Source: Stegostoma tigrinum
Taxonomy: Eukaryota
Reading direction: 5' to 3'
Length of the DNA stretch: 64,000 nt
Assembly: GCF_030684315.1 (NCBI RefSeq)
Contig: NC_081369.1
Location: 2,160,689-2,224,688 of the forward strand
Shown here: positions 51,557-64,000 of the stretch, in pieces
How the letters are laid out: every line of letters starts with the position of its first letter
Position numbering within the stretch: the first letter of the stretch is position 1
The notes under the pieces: generated by a model
What the model saw: the letters and a program-made list of their open reading frames with translations, nothing else
Told to the model about the DNA's origin: nothing
Databases searched by the model: none
Translations under genes and position numbers: made by a program

Positions 51557-52245
51557 GAAACATAGAACATAGAACAGTACAGCACAGAACAGGCCCTTCA
51601 GCCCACAATGTTGTGCCGACCATTGATCCTCATGTATGTACCCTCAAATTTCTGTGACCATATACATGTCCAGCAGTCTCTTAAATGACCCCAATGACCT
51701 TGCTTCCACAACTGCTGCTGGCAACGCATTCCATGCTCTCACAACTCTGCGTAAAGAACCTGCCTCTGACATCCCCTCTATACTTTCCACCAACCAGCTT
51801 AAAACTATGACCCCTCGTGCTAGCCATTTCTGCCCTGGGAAATAGTCTCTGGCTATCAACTCTATCTATGCCTCTCATTATCTTGTATACCTCAATTAGG
51901 TCCCCTCTCCTCCTCCTTTTCTCCAATGAAAAGAGACCGAGCTCAGTCAACCTCTCTTCATAAGATAAGCCCTCCAGTCCAGGCAGCATCCTGGTAAACT
52001 TCCTCTGAACCCTCTCCAAAGCATCCACATCTTTCCTATAATAGGGCGCCCAGAACTGGACGCAGTATTCCAAGTGCGGTCTAACCAAAGTTTTATAGAG
52101 CTGCAACAAGATCTCACGACTCTTAAACTCAATCCCCCTGTTAATGAAAGCCAAATCACCATATGCTTTCTTAACAACCCTATCCACTTGGTTGGCCATT
52201 TTAAGGGATCTATGTATCTGCACACCAAGATCCCTCTGTTCCTCC
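51557..52245 (-). mobile_element. Young CR1-type LINE 3' end
   Basis: ORF 51681-52256 (-) QRDLGVQ..LVRPHLEYCVQFW..RGDLIEVYKIM and a (CATAGAA)n tail. Confidence 0.9.
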
Positions 52246-54614
52246 ACAAGGAGCAAATGATAGCTTCCAACTGATTATTGATTGAGCAATAATCTAAACA
52301 AAGTTCCTATTTTTTGTGTTTAGAGATGCATAATGAGTAGTGGAAAAATAGTATTTATTTCAATCTGATCTACCATTCTGCCATTTTCAAAACATTTTTA
52401 GTATCACTGCTTTTACAGTCTTGAAAGTGTGCATGCTTAACATGTCTTAATGACAACATTAGGAAAAATGCAGAGTAATACAGTTGTCTGAATGGTATTG
52501 TGGGAAAAGAACAGTATTTTATAAAAGTAAATGAAATTTTCTATTTCCAGGATTGTCCAAAATAATTTCAGTTAATTTGGGACCTGAGCTAATGGCTTAC
52601 TATACTGTCCAATACATGGATTGTACTTCATCCAGTCTGCAGTGTGGTGAAAGAAGTTTTGTTTTATTATCCTGCTGATTTGTTTCTCTCACAGTAGATT
52701 GCTCTTCGATTGTATAAATAGCCTTTGGATTATTTTCCTGATAATTTACAATGGTTTCAAACATTTTCATTCTTGCCATTTGTGAAAGACACATTTTTAC
52801 ATGTTATGTTTTCTCAGCAGATCTCCACCAGCTACAAAACTATGTTTGAATATCTGCCTAGGAATAATGTTCATGAAATTACCAACTAAAAATTTGTATT
52901 TGATATTATAAAAATGAAAAAAATGCCTCTTTCAGAAATGGGAAGCACTTGGATATCTTGCATGCTGCATTACACATTTTGCAATATTAAGTTCTACAAA
53001 TGTTAGAAGTCAATTTTGCATTAGAAGTTCAATGAGTGCTGCAAATTAAATCCAAATTTCAGCTATCACTCGAAAGATTAATTTAAGTTTAGTCCATTAT
53101 TCATATTACAGCTGTCACAATTTTGAGTTCTACAATGAAAAGTTAAATGCCAACATGTTAGCTCCCTCTGTTAGCGTTAAAATGTAATTTCAGTCAAATA
53201 AGTAAAGTTTAATTGTCTCACTCTCCCAAGCTTCACAACCCATTGTATACAATCTGGCGGCCTGATTGTTTTAGTTTCCAAATCAAGTAGGTTGAAGTAA
53301 ATGGAGTGGAATTTAAGTAATATTCTGGACAGCCTGTAAAAGAATCGGAATTTGTTTTAATTCCAATTGTTGTTACAATATATTTACAATAATACAATAT
53401 ATTTATGGTCATACATTTGGCAAAACCGTAACTGGAAATTAATGACATGTTACATGTTGACACAATGGCATTATATACCCAAGCAATTTATAATTTAATA
53501 AAGCAAAATTAAAATGCTAGTAAAGCTTGAAATTGATGAAATGCCAACAGTTAGAAATACTTTCAGATGTAACCTATTTATTATCATATGAAATAAGGAT
53601 CAAATGGTTCTGAACAGAATTTGGCTGCATTAGTAACACATTCCAATTAAACCTGTGTACAATTCAATTCTAAATTACTGAGGAAGTAGTTCAAACAATT
53701 TCTGATGAGATATTTATCACAATAATTCAAGCATTACAAAGTTCACAAAATTCATTTTATCCTTCAAAAAGTTAAACTCCTTTTCATGAAATCTGATTTG
53801 CTATCCAATTACTTTTTGAATTAAAATTACTACATAAGCGACCTTTACGAATAGTTAAACATCTACAGAGCAATGCTACTTCAAATCCAAACAAAGAGCT
53901 TTGAAGAAAAATACCAGATCAAGTGTATTGAACACAGTATCTTTGGACTCTGTTTATAATATGGGAAGATGTCAAGGAGGAGTCTCAAGTTCTGTGTTAA
54001 GCGGTACAAGTGAACTTTAATCAGAGCTGTTACCACAAATATCAGAGAGGCTAGAGACCACTTTGAATCTGGCTTTCATGGGGAATCCAGTTGTCCTATT
54101 AATTACAGCTCAGATCAGAGGAGACACCAGTGACACTCTGGCTTCCCGAGCAGAATACATTATTTTTAAACATTTTGCATTACAATGATGAGATGCAACA
54201 TTGAGGTCATCTTATATTTCTTCATATTCTAATCACAGGAGATACAAAAAGGTGCTAATTCCTACTGATTGCTATAAAATTCATAATATCAGTTTTAATA
54301 TAAAGTTTGTTATACATAAAGCTACATGGTTCCACTGAATGTCAGAATTCTTTAGCTAACTAGTTTTGAACAGCTTCTGTCCCACCTAAACATGGAAGGT
54401 CAGGTAAAGACTGACACTTCATCTTGCAGGTGCAACTGTAACTCCGTCTATTCTCAAGCTGTCGATAAGAGTGTTTTAAATTGAAGATAGCCCGGAAGAT
54501 TAAATTTACTGACCCCACTCTAAATGTTTCAACGCCACGTCTTTTACTTAATGAAAAAAAACGTCTATTCAAATTCCATCAATAAGACTGAAATTCAATC
54601 ACTTTCACTGCTCC

Positions 54615-55868
54615 AGAGATAGTAGGAACTGCGGATGCTGGAGAATCTGAGATAACAAGGTGTAAAGCTGGATGAACACAGCAGACCAAGCAGCATCAGA
54701 GGAGCAGGAAGGCTGGCATTTCAGGCCTTGACCCTTCTTCAGAAATGGGGGAGGGGAAGGGGGTTCTGAAATAAAAAGGGAGAGAGGAAGAGTTGGAAAG
54801 AAGATGGATAAAGGAGAAGATAGGTGGATAGGAGACAGACCAGTCAAAGGTGGGGGGGGGGGGAATGGAGCCAGTGAAGGTGAGTATAGGTGGGAGGAAG
54901 GGAGGAAATAGGTCAGTCCAGGGAGGATGACAGGTCAAGGGGGCGGAATGAGGTTAGTAGGTAGGAGATGGGGGTGGAGCTTCAGGTGGCAGGAGGGAAT
55001 AGGTGGGAGAAAGGACAGGTTAGGGAGGCTGGGACGAGCTGGGCTGGTTTTGGGACGCGGTCGGGGGAGGGGAGATGTTGAAGCTTGTGAAATTCACATT
55101 GATACCATTGGGCTGCAGGGTTCCCAAGTGGAATATGAGTTGCTGTTCCTGCAACTTTCATGTAGCATTGTTGTGGCACTGCATAAGACCCAAGATGGGC
55201 ATGTCATCTGCGGAATGGGAGTGGGAGTTGAAATGGTTCGCGACTGGGAGCTGCAGTTGTTTATTGTGAACTGAGCGGAGGCGTTCTGCAAAGTGGTCCG
55301 CAAGCCTCCGCTTGGTTTCCCCGATGTAGAGGAGTCCACAAAGGGAACAGCGGATGCAGTATACCACATTAGCAGATGTGCAGGTGAACATCTGCTTGAT
55401 GTGGAAAGTCTTTTTGGGACCTGGAATGGGGGTGAGAGGGGAGGTGTAGGGGTAGGTGCAGCACTTCCTGCGGTTGCAGGGAAAAGTGCCAGGTGTTCTC
55501 CATAGCCTCTCCTTCGTCCCACCTATTCCCTCCTACCACCTCAAGCCCCACCCCCATCCCCTACCTACTGACCTCATTCCACCCCCTTGACCTGTCATCC
55601 TCCCTGGACTGACCTATCTCCTCCCTACCTCCCCACTTACACTCACATTTACTGGCTCCATGCCCACTTCTTTGACTGGCCTGTCTCATATCCACCTATC
55701 TTCTCCTCTACCCAGCTTCTTTGTACCTCTTCCTCTCTCCCTATTTATTTCAGAACCCCTTCCCCTCCCCCATTTCTGAAGAAGGGTCAAGGCCCGAAAC
55801 GTCAGCCTTCCTGCTCCTCTGATGCTGCCGACCTGCTGTGTTCATCCAGCTCTACACCTTGTTATCTC
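54615..55868 (-). mobile_element. Penelope-like element, inverted-arm configuration
   Basis: GIY-YIG peptide on the minus strand (55158-55391), followed by a plus-orientation 3' arm at 55503-55868. Flanks actttcactgctc / actcgcactgctc resemble a TSD. Confidence 0.85.
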
Positions 55869-56889
55869 ACTCGCACTGCTCAACGGCTTGTCTGAATCCT
55901 AAGTTTTTCCAAGACATAATCTCGTTCTCATTTTCCCTTATCATTTGTCTCTGTTATTGTGGGATCAGGCATTTCTTTTAATTCTTGCTAAACTACAATC
56001 TTTGGCAGTCTGTTCTGAGACATCTCTTACCAGACTGTCTCTGACAGATTTCTGCAGCTGTGGTATGTACATAACTCCCTGATTTTGAATTTATAAGATT
56101 CTTTGCGCTTGTCCCTGTTACCTTGGATTTATCTTCTTCTCAAAGCAACCATTATCCTAACTTATGATCATACTTTAATACTGAATTAGGCAAGCTAATT
56201 ATGATCTTGCAGGTAAAAATCTCCACCATAGTTACGCCAACTAAAAATTGAGGGACAACCATTTTGTGCCACCTCTGGCCATTGGGTATCCCAAATGCTT
56301 TCTTTTCCCAAACCATGACTTAAGTTATATACCAAGATATATTTAAGAAACTGCAGTCAAAACTCTCACATTCATGACAGAAATGCTTTGCAGCTCAATG
56401 TTAGGCAACTTTCACATTTATGAACCGGATGCTAGTTTCATGGTGGTTATCATATATGTTATGCACAGCTGGTAAGTTTTAAATCCAAGGAACCAGGAGG
56501 GCTTGTTAAATGTCTTAATGTTGTAATCTTATTGAACAGTTCAAATAGTAGAATGAGTATGGAGCTGTTCCCTGCAAAACTTAAGTTATCCAATCATTCC
56601 AGCAAGAGTCAATAATCATGCAAATTAGTGTGATACACGCTTCAGTTTAATTATTGAAGAATGTTTAAATTTACAGTAAATGGGTGAATATAGCAGGATT
56701 AAACACATCACTGAAGAGAGGTGCTCCACTTTAACATTCAAGAAGTGCACCAATTGAACTAAATTCAATACCTGTCTAATTGAGGAGTGGGAAAGATAGG
56801 GCTTCTACTCAGTTAAAGTTCATGTGGAACAAGAAAAACATGTTGCGTTGGGATTGGTTATACCTACAATTTATATAATGAGATCAGAT

Positions 56890-57830
56890 ACAGATGCCAT
56901 GTCATGACAGAAAAAAAAATGACGAAGGAGTATTTATCGAATGACAAGACACTAGGTAGCTTATAGTAGCAGAGGGATCTTGGGATAATTATTTACAGAT
57001 CTCTGCTGTCAGGAGAGCACATGAATAGGATAGCTAAGATGGCATATGGGGCAATTGCTTTCCTTGGAATAGAGTATAAGAGCTAGGAGGTAATATTGGA
57101 GTAATACAGAGCATTGGTCAGGCCAGACCTGGAGTATAACGTGCAATTCTGGTCACCTCATGGCAGGAAGATGTGAAGCACTGGAGGGGGTACAGAGGAG
57201 GTTCACCAGTACATAGCCTATAATGGACAAATTGAGCTATAAAGAGAGACTGGATAGGCTTGGATGTTTTTTGTTTCAGAGCAGATAAAACTGAGGGAGG
57301 ACATGATTAAATGGTATAACATTATGAGGGGCATGGGCAGGATGAATCGAGAGCAGCTGTGCCCCTTGACTGAGGAGTCAATCACGAGAGGGTAAACTTT
57401 TTAGGCAGGAGATTCAAAGGGGATTTAGGAAAAAAAAATTCACTCATTGGGTGTTGGGAACTTGGAATGCACTGCCTGGGAATGTAGCGGAGGCCGGAAA
57501 TCTTGCAACGTTTTAAAAAAAAAATCTGAATGAGTGCTTCAAATATCATAACATTCAAGGCTATGAGACAAGTGCAGAAAATTGGGATTGGCACACTTTT
57601 AGTGCTAAACTACAATCTTTGGCAGTCTGTTCTGAGACATCTCTTACCAGACTGTCTCTGACAGATTTCTGCAGCTGTGGTATGTACATAACTCCCTGAT
57701 TTTGAATTTATAAGATTCTTTGCGCTTGTCCCTGTTACCTTGGATTTATCTTCTTCTCAAAGCAACCATTATCCTAACTTAATTATGTCATTGCAGACAT
57801 GATAGGCCAAAGGGCCATTTCTGTGCAAAC
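56890..57830 (+). mobile_element. CR1-type LINE 3' fragment interrupted by a 179-bp duplicated segment
   Basis: CR1 ORF2/3' UTR similarity on both sides of 57603-57781. Confidence 0.7.
57603..57781 (+). repeat. 179-bp direct duplicate of 55986-56164
   Basis: Both copies read tgctaaactacaatc...attatcctaactta with no difference seen by eye. Confidence 0.9.
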
Positions 57831-57845
57831 TGAATCTAGGAGATA

Positions 57846-58250
57846 GGCCTTCAGGTTTAGATAGTTTCTAATCAACTTGTCAGAGATGTTATTATACACC
57901 ACTGGATCAAGTAGGAATTATATCTTGTCCTCCTTGTCCAGAGCTACCACTGGACCAAAAGAGCCTGCAAGTCTCAGGTAGACAGTTGAATCAACTGTCC
58001 AGATATGTTGTGAAATATCTTTGAAGCAGATGGGACTTGAATTTAAGCCTCTTGGCTCAGAGATAGGGATACTAGCACTGCACTACAAGAAAGGTGTGGA
58101 GGCCAGGGTAGCTTTTTTAAAAATTTAATCTACCTTTCTAATCAACCTGTTAAGATGTTATTAGACACTTCTGGAGCAGTTGGGACATGAACCGTGCCTC
58201 CCAGTCCACGGGTAGGGGCACTATCTTTGCACCACAAGAGGGCCCAAGTT
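57846..58250 (-). repeat. Three degenerate tandem units (about 120-150 bp) with tRNA-like A/B-box heads on the minus strand
   Basis: Repeated aatcaac.tgtc.agatgtt...ggga.ttga..cctc...cactg.acc.caaga. The reverse strand reads like TGGTGCAGTGGTAG...TTCAAGTCCC. Confidence 0.5.
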
Positions 58251-58734
58251 TGCAGGGTAATGTCCCAGGCCTAAACATTTTCACCTGCATTACAATGGCC
58301 TTTCATTCATTGAAGATTAGAGTTGGGAATTTTACTGATGGTTGTGATGTTGCGCACCACTTGCAACTGATCTATTCTGTGTCCAAATGATGCAAGACCC
58401 AGGATAACATTCAGGCCCGTACTAAAAAGCAACAAATAATATTTGCACAAGAAAAATGCAGGGAAGACCAGCACGAGTTTTATCCAACCACCAAACCTTG
58501 ATATTCAATAACATTACCGTCACTGAACCCTACAAAATTATACCACTGAGGTTTACAATTGACCAGAGATTGGGCTAGATCAGAAACATAAATACCATGC
58601 CTTCAAGAAAAGATTGAAGGGTGAGAAGTTTACTCCCTAATAGCTTAGCCAAAATCCACAAGATGGAAGTCAGACACATTGTGGATATACCTGTATTACC
58701 TGGATAATTTCAACAACTCTCAATAACCTCAAAG

Positions 58735-59900
58735 AACAAAAAAGAACAATGCAGCAGGCCCCTCAGCCCACCAAGCCTGTGCTGACATTTTTTGCCCTTC
58801 CATTCTAAAACTGTCTTCACTTACAGGATCTAATGCCTCTATTCCCTTCCTATTCATGTGTTCGTCCAGGTGCTTCTGAAGTGTTGCAATTGTGTCTGCT
58901 TCCACACCCTCCTCTGGCAGCAGATTCCAGCCATTCTCGGCCCTTTATGTGAAAAACCTGCCTTGCACATCTCTTTTAAACTTCTTCCTGCCCCCTCACC
59001 TTAAGCCTGTGTCTCCAAGTAGTTGATCCCTTCACCCTGGGGAAAATCCTCATTCTTTCTACTCTATCCACACTGTTCACAATCTTATAAACTTTTATCA
59101 ACTTCTAAACTCTTGCATTCCAGTGACAGCAAACTCAGACTATCCAACATAGCTTCATAGCTAAAATCGTCCATACCAAGGAGTATCCTAATAAGTCTTT
59201 TCTGTACCCTCTCCAAAAGTATTCACATCCTTCTGGAAGTGTGGTGACCAGAGCTGTGTGCAATGTTCCAAGTGTGGCCTAACGAAAGTTCTATAAGCTG
59301 CAGCATAACTTGCATAACCTTATACTGAATGCCCCTTCCAATGAAGGCAAACATGCCACTGGCCTTTTTTCACTGCCTTATCTACTTGCACTGCTACCTT
59401 CAGTGATTTGTAGACCCACACACCCAGATCCCTTTGCATTTGAGTACGCCAAAGGGTTCCAGCATCCACAGTATGATTTCCACCTGAAATTGACCTTCCA
59501 AAATGTATCATCTCACATCTGTCTGGATTAACCTCCATCTGCAATTTTTCTGCCCATGCCTCCAACTGATCTATATCCTGCTGTATCCTCTGACAGTCCT
59601 CCTCACTGACTGAAATTTCACTAAACTTTGTATCATCAGAAAACTTACTAATTAGACCAGCTATGTTTTCTTCCAAATCATTTATATAGATCATGAACAG
59701 CAGAGGTCAGAGCACTGATCCATATGAAATACCACTAGCCCAAATTTCCATTCTGAAAAAAAAATTCTTCCACATTCCCCTCTGTCTCCTATCGGTAAGT
59801 TAGTTCTGTATCCATCTTGCCAACTCATTCCTGATGCCATGGGACTTCACCTTCTGTACCAGTTTGCTGTGAGGGACCTTGTCAAAGGCTTCATTGAAGA
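58735..59900 (-). mobile_element. CR1-type LINE fragment
   Basis: MIYINDLEE..ISKFSDDTK peptide (59320-59694, -). Confidence 0.82.
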
Positions 59901-60406
59901 CTTTACCTCGATATCAGAAAAATAACAACCTGATTAACATCTTGAAAGCTTAGTGTCTCCACAACCAGTGTACACTGGCAGCAGAATTTAATACGCACTA
60001 AAAGCAGAGTAAAAATGTGTCAATGTTTCTTAGGCAGCACCTTCCAAACTCACGATGTCTCCCAATGAGACAGAAAAGATGAGGATATAGATGGGAGCAC
60101 CAATACCTGCAATTAACCCTACAGGCCACACATCAGCTCAATATAGAATGAGACTCCCTTTCCTTTGCAGTTGCTGGGACAAAATGCTTGAGCTTTCTTC
60201 CAATCTTGGAAGCTTTCCACAAAGAGACACCAATACCAATTTCACAAAGACCATTTCAGAATTGGAAAGCTATGATGCTTTCACCAGTTGTGCCTATATA
60301 ACAATGAATTACTTAATTAAAATTAAAACTGGAAAAATTGAAGCAGTTGTCACGCAGAACCCATTGAAGCAGACCCATTAGAAACAGTTGATTAAGTGCA
60401 TTGAGC

Positions 60407-61235
60407 TGTCAGAGAGCTAAACACGAATATAAATGGGCGGAGTGGGTATCCAGTCACCAAGGCACCCTTTATTTACAAGTGCATGGCACGTGATACTGGT
60501 CTGGTTTCCTCAGAGGCAGCTCTCAGAGAGAGCAGAATGTCTCACACTCCGATTTATATCTGTCTGCCAGGGCTCCCTGATTGGAATTGGTTAATAGATC
60601 AAATCAGGGAACTCATATTCTATGGGAAAAAAACATTCTGAAAGAACTGTGGATGCTATTGGTCATCAACAAAAATAGGGATTGCTGGATAAGCTCAGCA
60701 GGTCTAGCAGCATATGTAAAAAGCATTCAGAGTTAACTTTTGTCATCCAGTGACCCTTCGTCGTATTCTATGAGGTCCATCCGGTTGACCTCATTATAAT
60801 TGCTATACCCACACATGTCCAAGTCCAGGGACATAAGCCTGATCTTCTCCTTGTGGTCTCTGCTGAGGCATTTTCGTACCACATCCGGCTTTGCCAACTC
60901 ATCCCCAGATATAGTCTGCATGTACCAAACTATGCTGGCTTCTTGCACTCAAAGCATCTCAAATGAAATTCATCCTCTTCCTCTGGCAGTAAAGGCATTC
61001 AGGCTGTGACATTTGCCGTTTCCAGAGCCCATGGGTTCTGACAACCTTTCTGGCAGTTCTCAAGGATGAGGAATGTGTTCTTCCTGTCCAATTGGTGAGT
61101 TCGTAGCTTCCATTGGTCCAAGAGTTTGCTCAGGACCACCTCACCTACCAACTTTGTATGTCATGGGACCTGAACTTGCATTGACCATGTCTCCTACCCA
61201 TGCAGGGTCATTCCTTGGTTTCAGCACCAGACATT
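60407..61235 (-). mobile_element. Probable degenerate Gypsy-type LTR retrotransposon remnant
   Basis: LTR-like block starting tgtcagagagc with a reverse AATAAA, followed by decayed sequence resembling the 3' end of pol. Family assignment is by recollection only. Confidence 0.35.
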
Positions 61236-61721
61236 GTTAGCCAGAGGCTGCAAAGAGAGAGAAGTGTACAAGCTGCTAACGTCGCTGCCTAGGGAGACTT
61301 TAGCCAGAGGCTGCAGAAGCATGCCGCCGACAAAGTTAACAGGATGTACTGAATGCAAAGGTGCTGACACGAAGAAAGAAGCAGATTACGAATTAAAAGT
61401 GAACAGTTGCATGGCCTCACACATGCTGTCACCGGTAAAGCAGGGGTTCATAGCATGAATGAAACATCTGCTAAATTTTTCTTGGCAGTGCAGCATTTTA
61501 CCTGCATAATGGGGCTGAACCTACTTACAATACAAACGTGACATACCCTCATATAGCTAATAATATACAAAAGGGTTAAAGATGGTTCAATTAGCCAAAA
61601 CAGAATTGCCAGGTGTCCACAGGGAAGGTATATCACTGTAAAAGGAGTAAAAACCATTAGCATATTAGCAGGCAACTTAGTGCATCAGGGGGAGAAACAC
61701 GAATGTCAGGGCAGTCAGGTT

Positions 61722-62205
61722 TGTTAGGAACAGCATCTCATATTTCGCTTGGGAAAGCTGCAGCCCAATGGTATCAATGTGAACTTCACAAACTTCAAAA
61801 TCTCCCCTGCCCTGACCGCATCCCAAAATCAGCGCAGCTCATACCCGCCTCCCTAACCTGTCCTCCCACCTATCTACTTCTTCCACTTCAAGCCCCACTC
61901 CATCTCCTACCTACTAGCCTCATCCCACATCCTTGACCTGTCCGTCCTCCCTGGACCGACGTATCCCCTCCGTAACGCCCCACCTACGCTCACTTCAACT
62001 TGCTCCAACACCGCCTCATTGACCTGTCTATCTCCTCTCCACGTATCCATCTTCTATTTGCCTCCCCCTCTCTCCCTATTTATTTCAGAGTGCCCTTCCC
62101 CTCCCCCATTTCTGAAGAAGGGCCTCAGCCCGAAACGTCAGCCTTGCTGCTCCTCTGATGCTGTGTGGCCTGCTGTACTCATCCAGCCCTACACCTTGTT
62201 ATCTT
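61722..62205 (+). mobile_element. Penelope-like element 3' fragment
   Basis: Homology to 26110-26620. Confidence 0.78.
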
Positions 62206-63602
62206 GGGAAAAGGGAGAGACGATCTGGCTCAGAGTATGGAGAACCTGGGCTTATAGCATTGATAAGAAAGAAACTCGAAATAAAAGCAGATATTACTCT
62301 TGCAAGTTCAGGTCTAACCTAGGACAAGGGGAGGAATACAATTTGTCGCAATTAGACTGATCATGTTTGATACTACGGTTGAGATAGCAGTGGATGCAAC
62401 ACGATGAGTGAATGAGCCTCAAGCATCGTAAATGCTGGAAGAATATCCCGTGATCAAGAATGACTCTGCTGTGCAATGCAAAATAACACAAAGTTATAAG
62501 GAATGCAGAGGTGAACTAAATCTGTATTATACAGGAGTGGATGAATTGGCATGCACAGGAAAGAAATTGGCTGTAACTGGAAGGAATGGGCTACAATTCT
62601 CATGTGACCAGAGTTCTGGAGGTGGCATTGGCAGTAGTCCCACAAGGACAAATTAGTTGTCAATTTGTAGGTCCATTTATTGAGCAACCATCAGGAAATG
62701 ATAGTCAAGGTAGTATTTTGGTTCACTGGGATCGCACCTCTGTGAGTACAGGCTGCAGCCGTGACTCATTCAAAAGATATATTGTCTGGGGTGACTGCTG
62801 AAAGCAATTTAAGAAAATTAATTGGATCATCATCAATTCTGCAAGTGATGACATGACACTGGAGGGGAATAGACAAAAAAAGGGCATTGAGAGTTGCAGA
62901 CAGGAGTTTTTGTTGGGTGCTGGGGCCCTTAATAAATTTCAGCACTCATTAGCCCACGTCCTCCAGTGATTAAAACCACATCAGAACCTAAATGAAGTGA
63001 ATATCAGGACAGGATGGAAAGTATGGGTCTAATGCTAGAGGGCATTGGGTAATCTGTCACTTTGATACCATGATATCAGCATTTCCAGGTATGCTTTAAT
63101 TTAACTGAAATGACCGTTCCAGTATGGTGCCCATCTGCCACAAAACGATCATTTGTCTACTGCCTTGAGAAACAATTGAGCAGGAGTGAACTTAAGTCCA
63201 ACAAGAATAGAAAGAAAAGACGACTATTGAGAGTTGGCAGGGGCAGGATATGCATCAGGAGTGGGACCTGTCAACACCCTGGACATGACAGAATTAGATG
63301 GTCAGATTGAATCCCTCCAGCAGAAAATACAGGTCATTACTGAGGAAGTTTACTTAGAACAGATACAAACCAACCATGGTTAGGATGCATCACAAGGGAT
63401 CCTGGACACAGTTAATTTTTTAAAACCTTTACAGGATGCAACAAATTTAATCATTGATCACATGGCCAGTATTTCTTAGGAGGCCCATTAGGCCAAAGAG
63501 TTTGCCATAAATACTCACTGGGTGTTGACTGTGATCGGTACTAATTTGTTATAACTTCATGCTCAACAAATTCCAGGCTGGGTGTCAGATGAACAATTCA
63601 TG

Positions 63603-64000
63603 GAACATAGAACATAGAATAGTACAGCATAGTACAGGCCCTCAGCCCACGATGTTGTGCCGAACTTTTACCCGAAACCTAAGATCTATCAAATCCTCCA
63701 CCCTTACCTTATACTATCATCCATATGCCTATCTAATAGCTGCTTAAATGCCCCTAATGAGGCCAACTCCACTATCCTCTCCAGTAATGCATTCCACAAC
63801 CCGACCACTCTCTGAGTAAAGAACCTACCTCTGATGTCTTCCCGATATCTACCTCCTTTCACTTTAAAACTATGTCCCCTTGTAACAGTTACTTCCACCC
63901 AAGGAAAAAGTCTCTGGCTGTCCACCTTATCTATACCTCTGATCATTTTGTACACTTCTATCAAGTCACCTCTCACCCTTTGTCATTCTGAAGAGAAAAG
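63603..64000 (-). mobile_element. CR1-type LINE 3' end (runs off the window)
   Basis: RGDLIEVYKMIRG peptide and a (CATAGAA)n tail. Confidence 0.85.

Overview
Eukaryotic, AT-rich, repeat-dense genomic DNA. The repeat content (CR1-type LINE 3' ends, HE1-like SINE, Penelope-like GIY-YIG retroelements) suggests a cartilaginous fish (shark); this is inference. Most ORFs in the track are retroelement debris. Reading splice sites by hand gives two intact, tandem, + strand immunoglobulin-superfamily receptor genes with antigen-receptor-chain topology: leader, a V domain with a J-like GxG-x-x-L-V strand already joined in the same exon, a C1-set domain, TM and tail. Gene A is join(27283..27328,29201..29512,33341..33649,34676..34789,35959..36002,38085..38195), 311 aa, and ends in an ITIM (SLYASL) plus an ITSM (TEYAQV). 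Gene B is join(42341..42380,42505..42822,46918..47229,50859..50961,51047..51083), 269 aa, with a short tail lacking such motifs. No RSS is evident. Both V domains are unusually compact (57-58 aa between the canonical cysteines, close to IgNAR V) and carry an N-G-T sequon where FGxG has Phe. The two genes are only about 30-35% identical. The best candidate for a novel system is this non-rearranging, TCR-like V(J)-C1 receptor pair. The window also holds a very young palindromic Penelope insertion with hammerhead ribozyme motifs just upstream of gene A, nested LTR-like elements and a 179-bp templated duplication. Gene models and repeat boundaries are manual, without transcript or database support.
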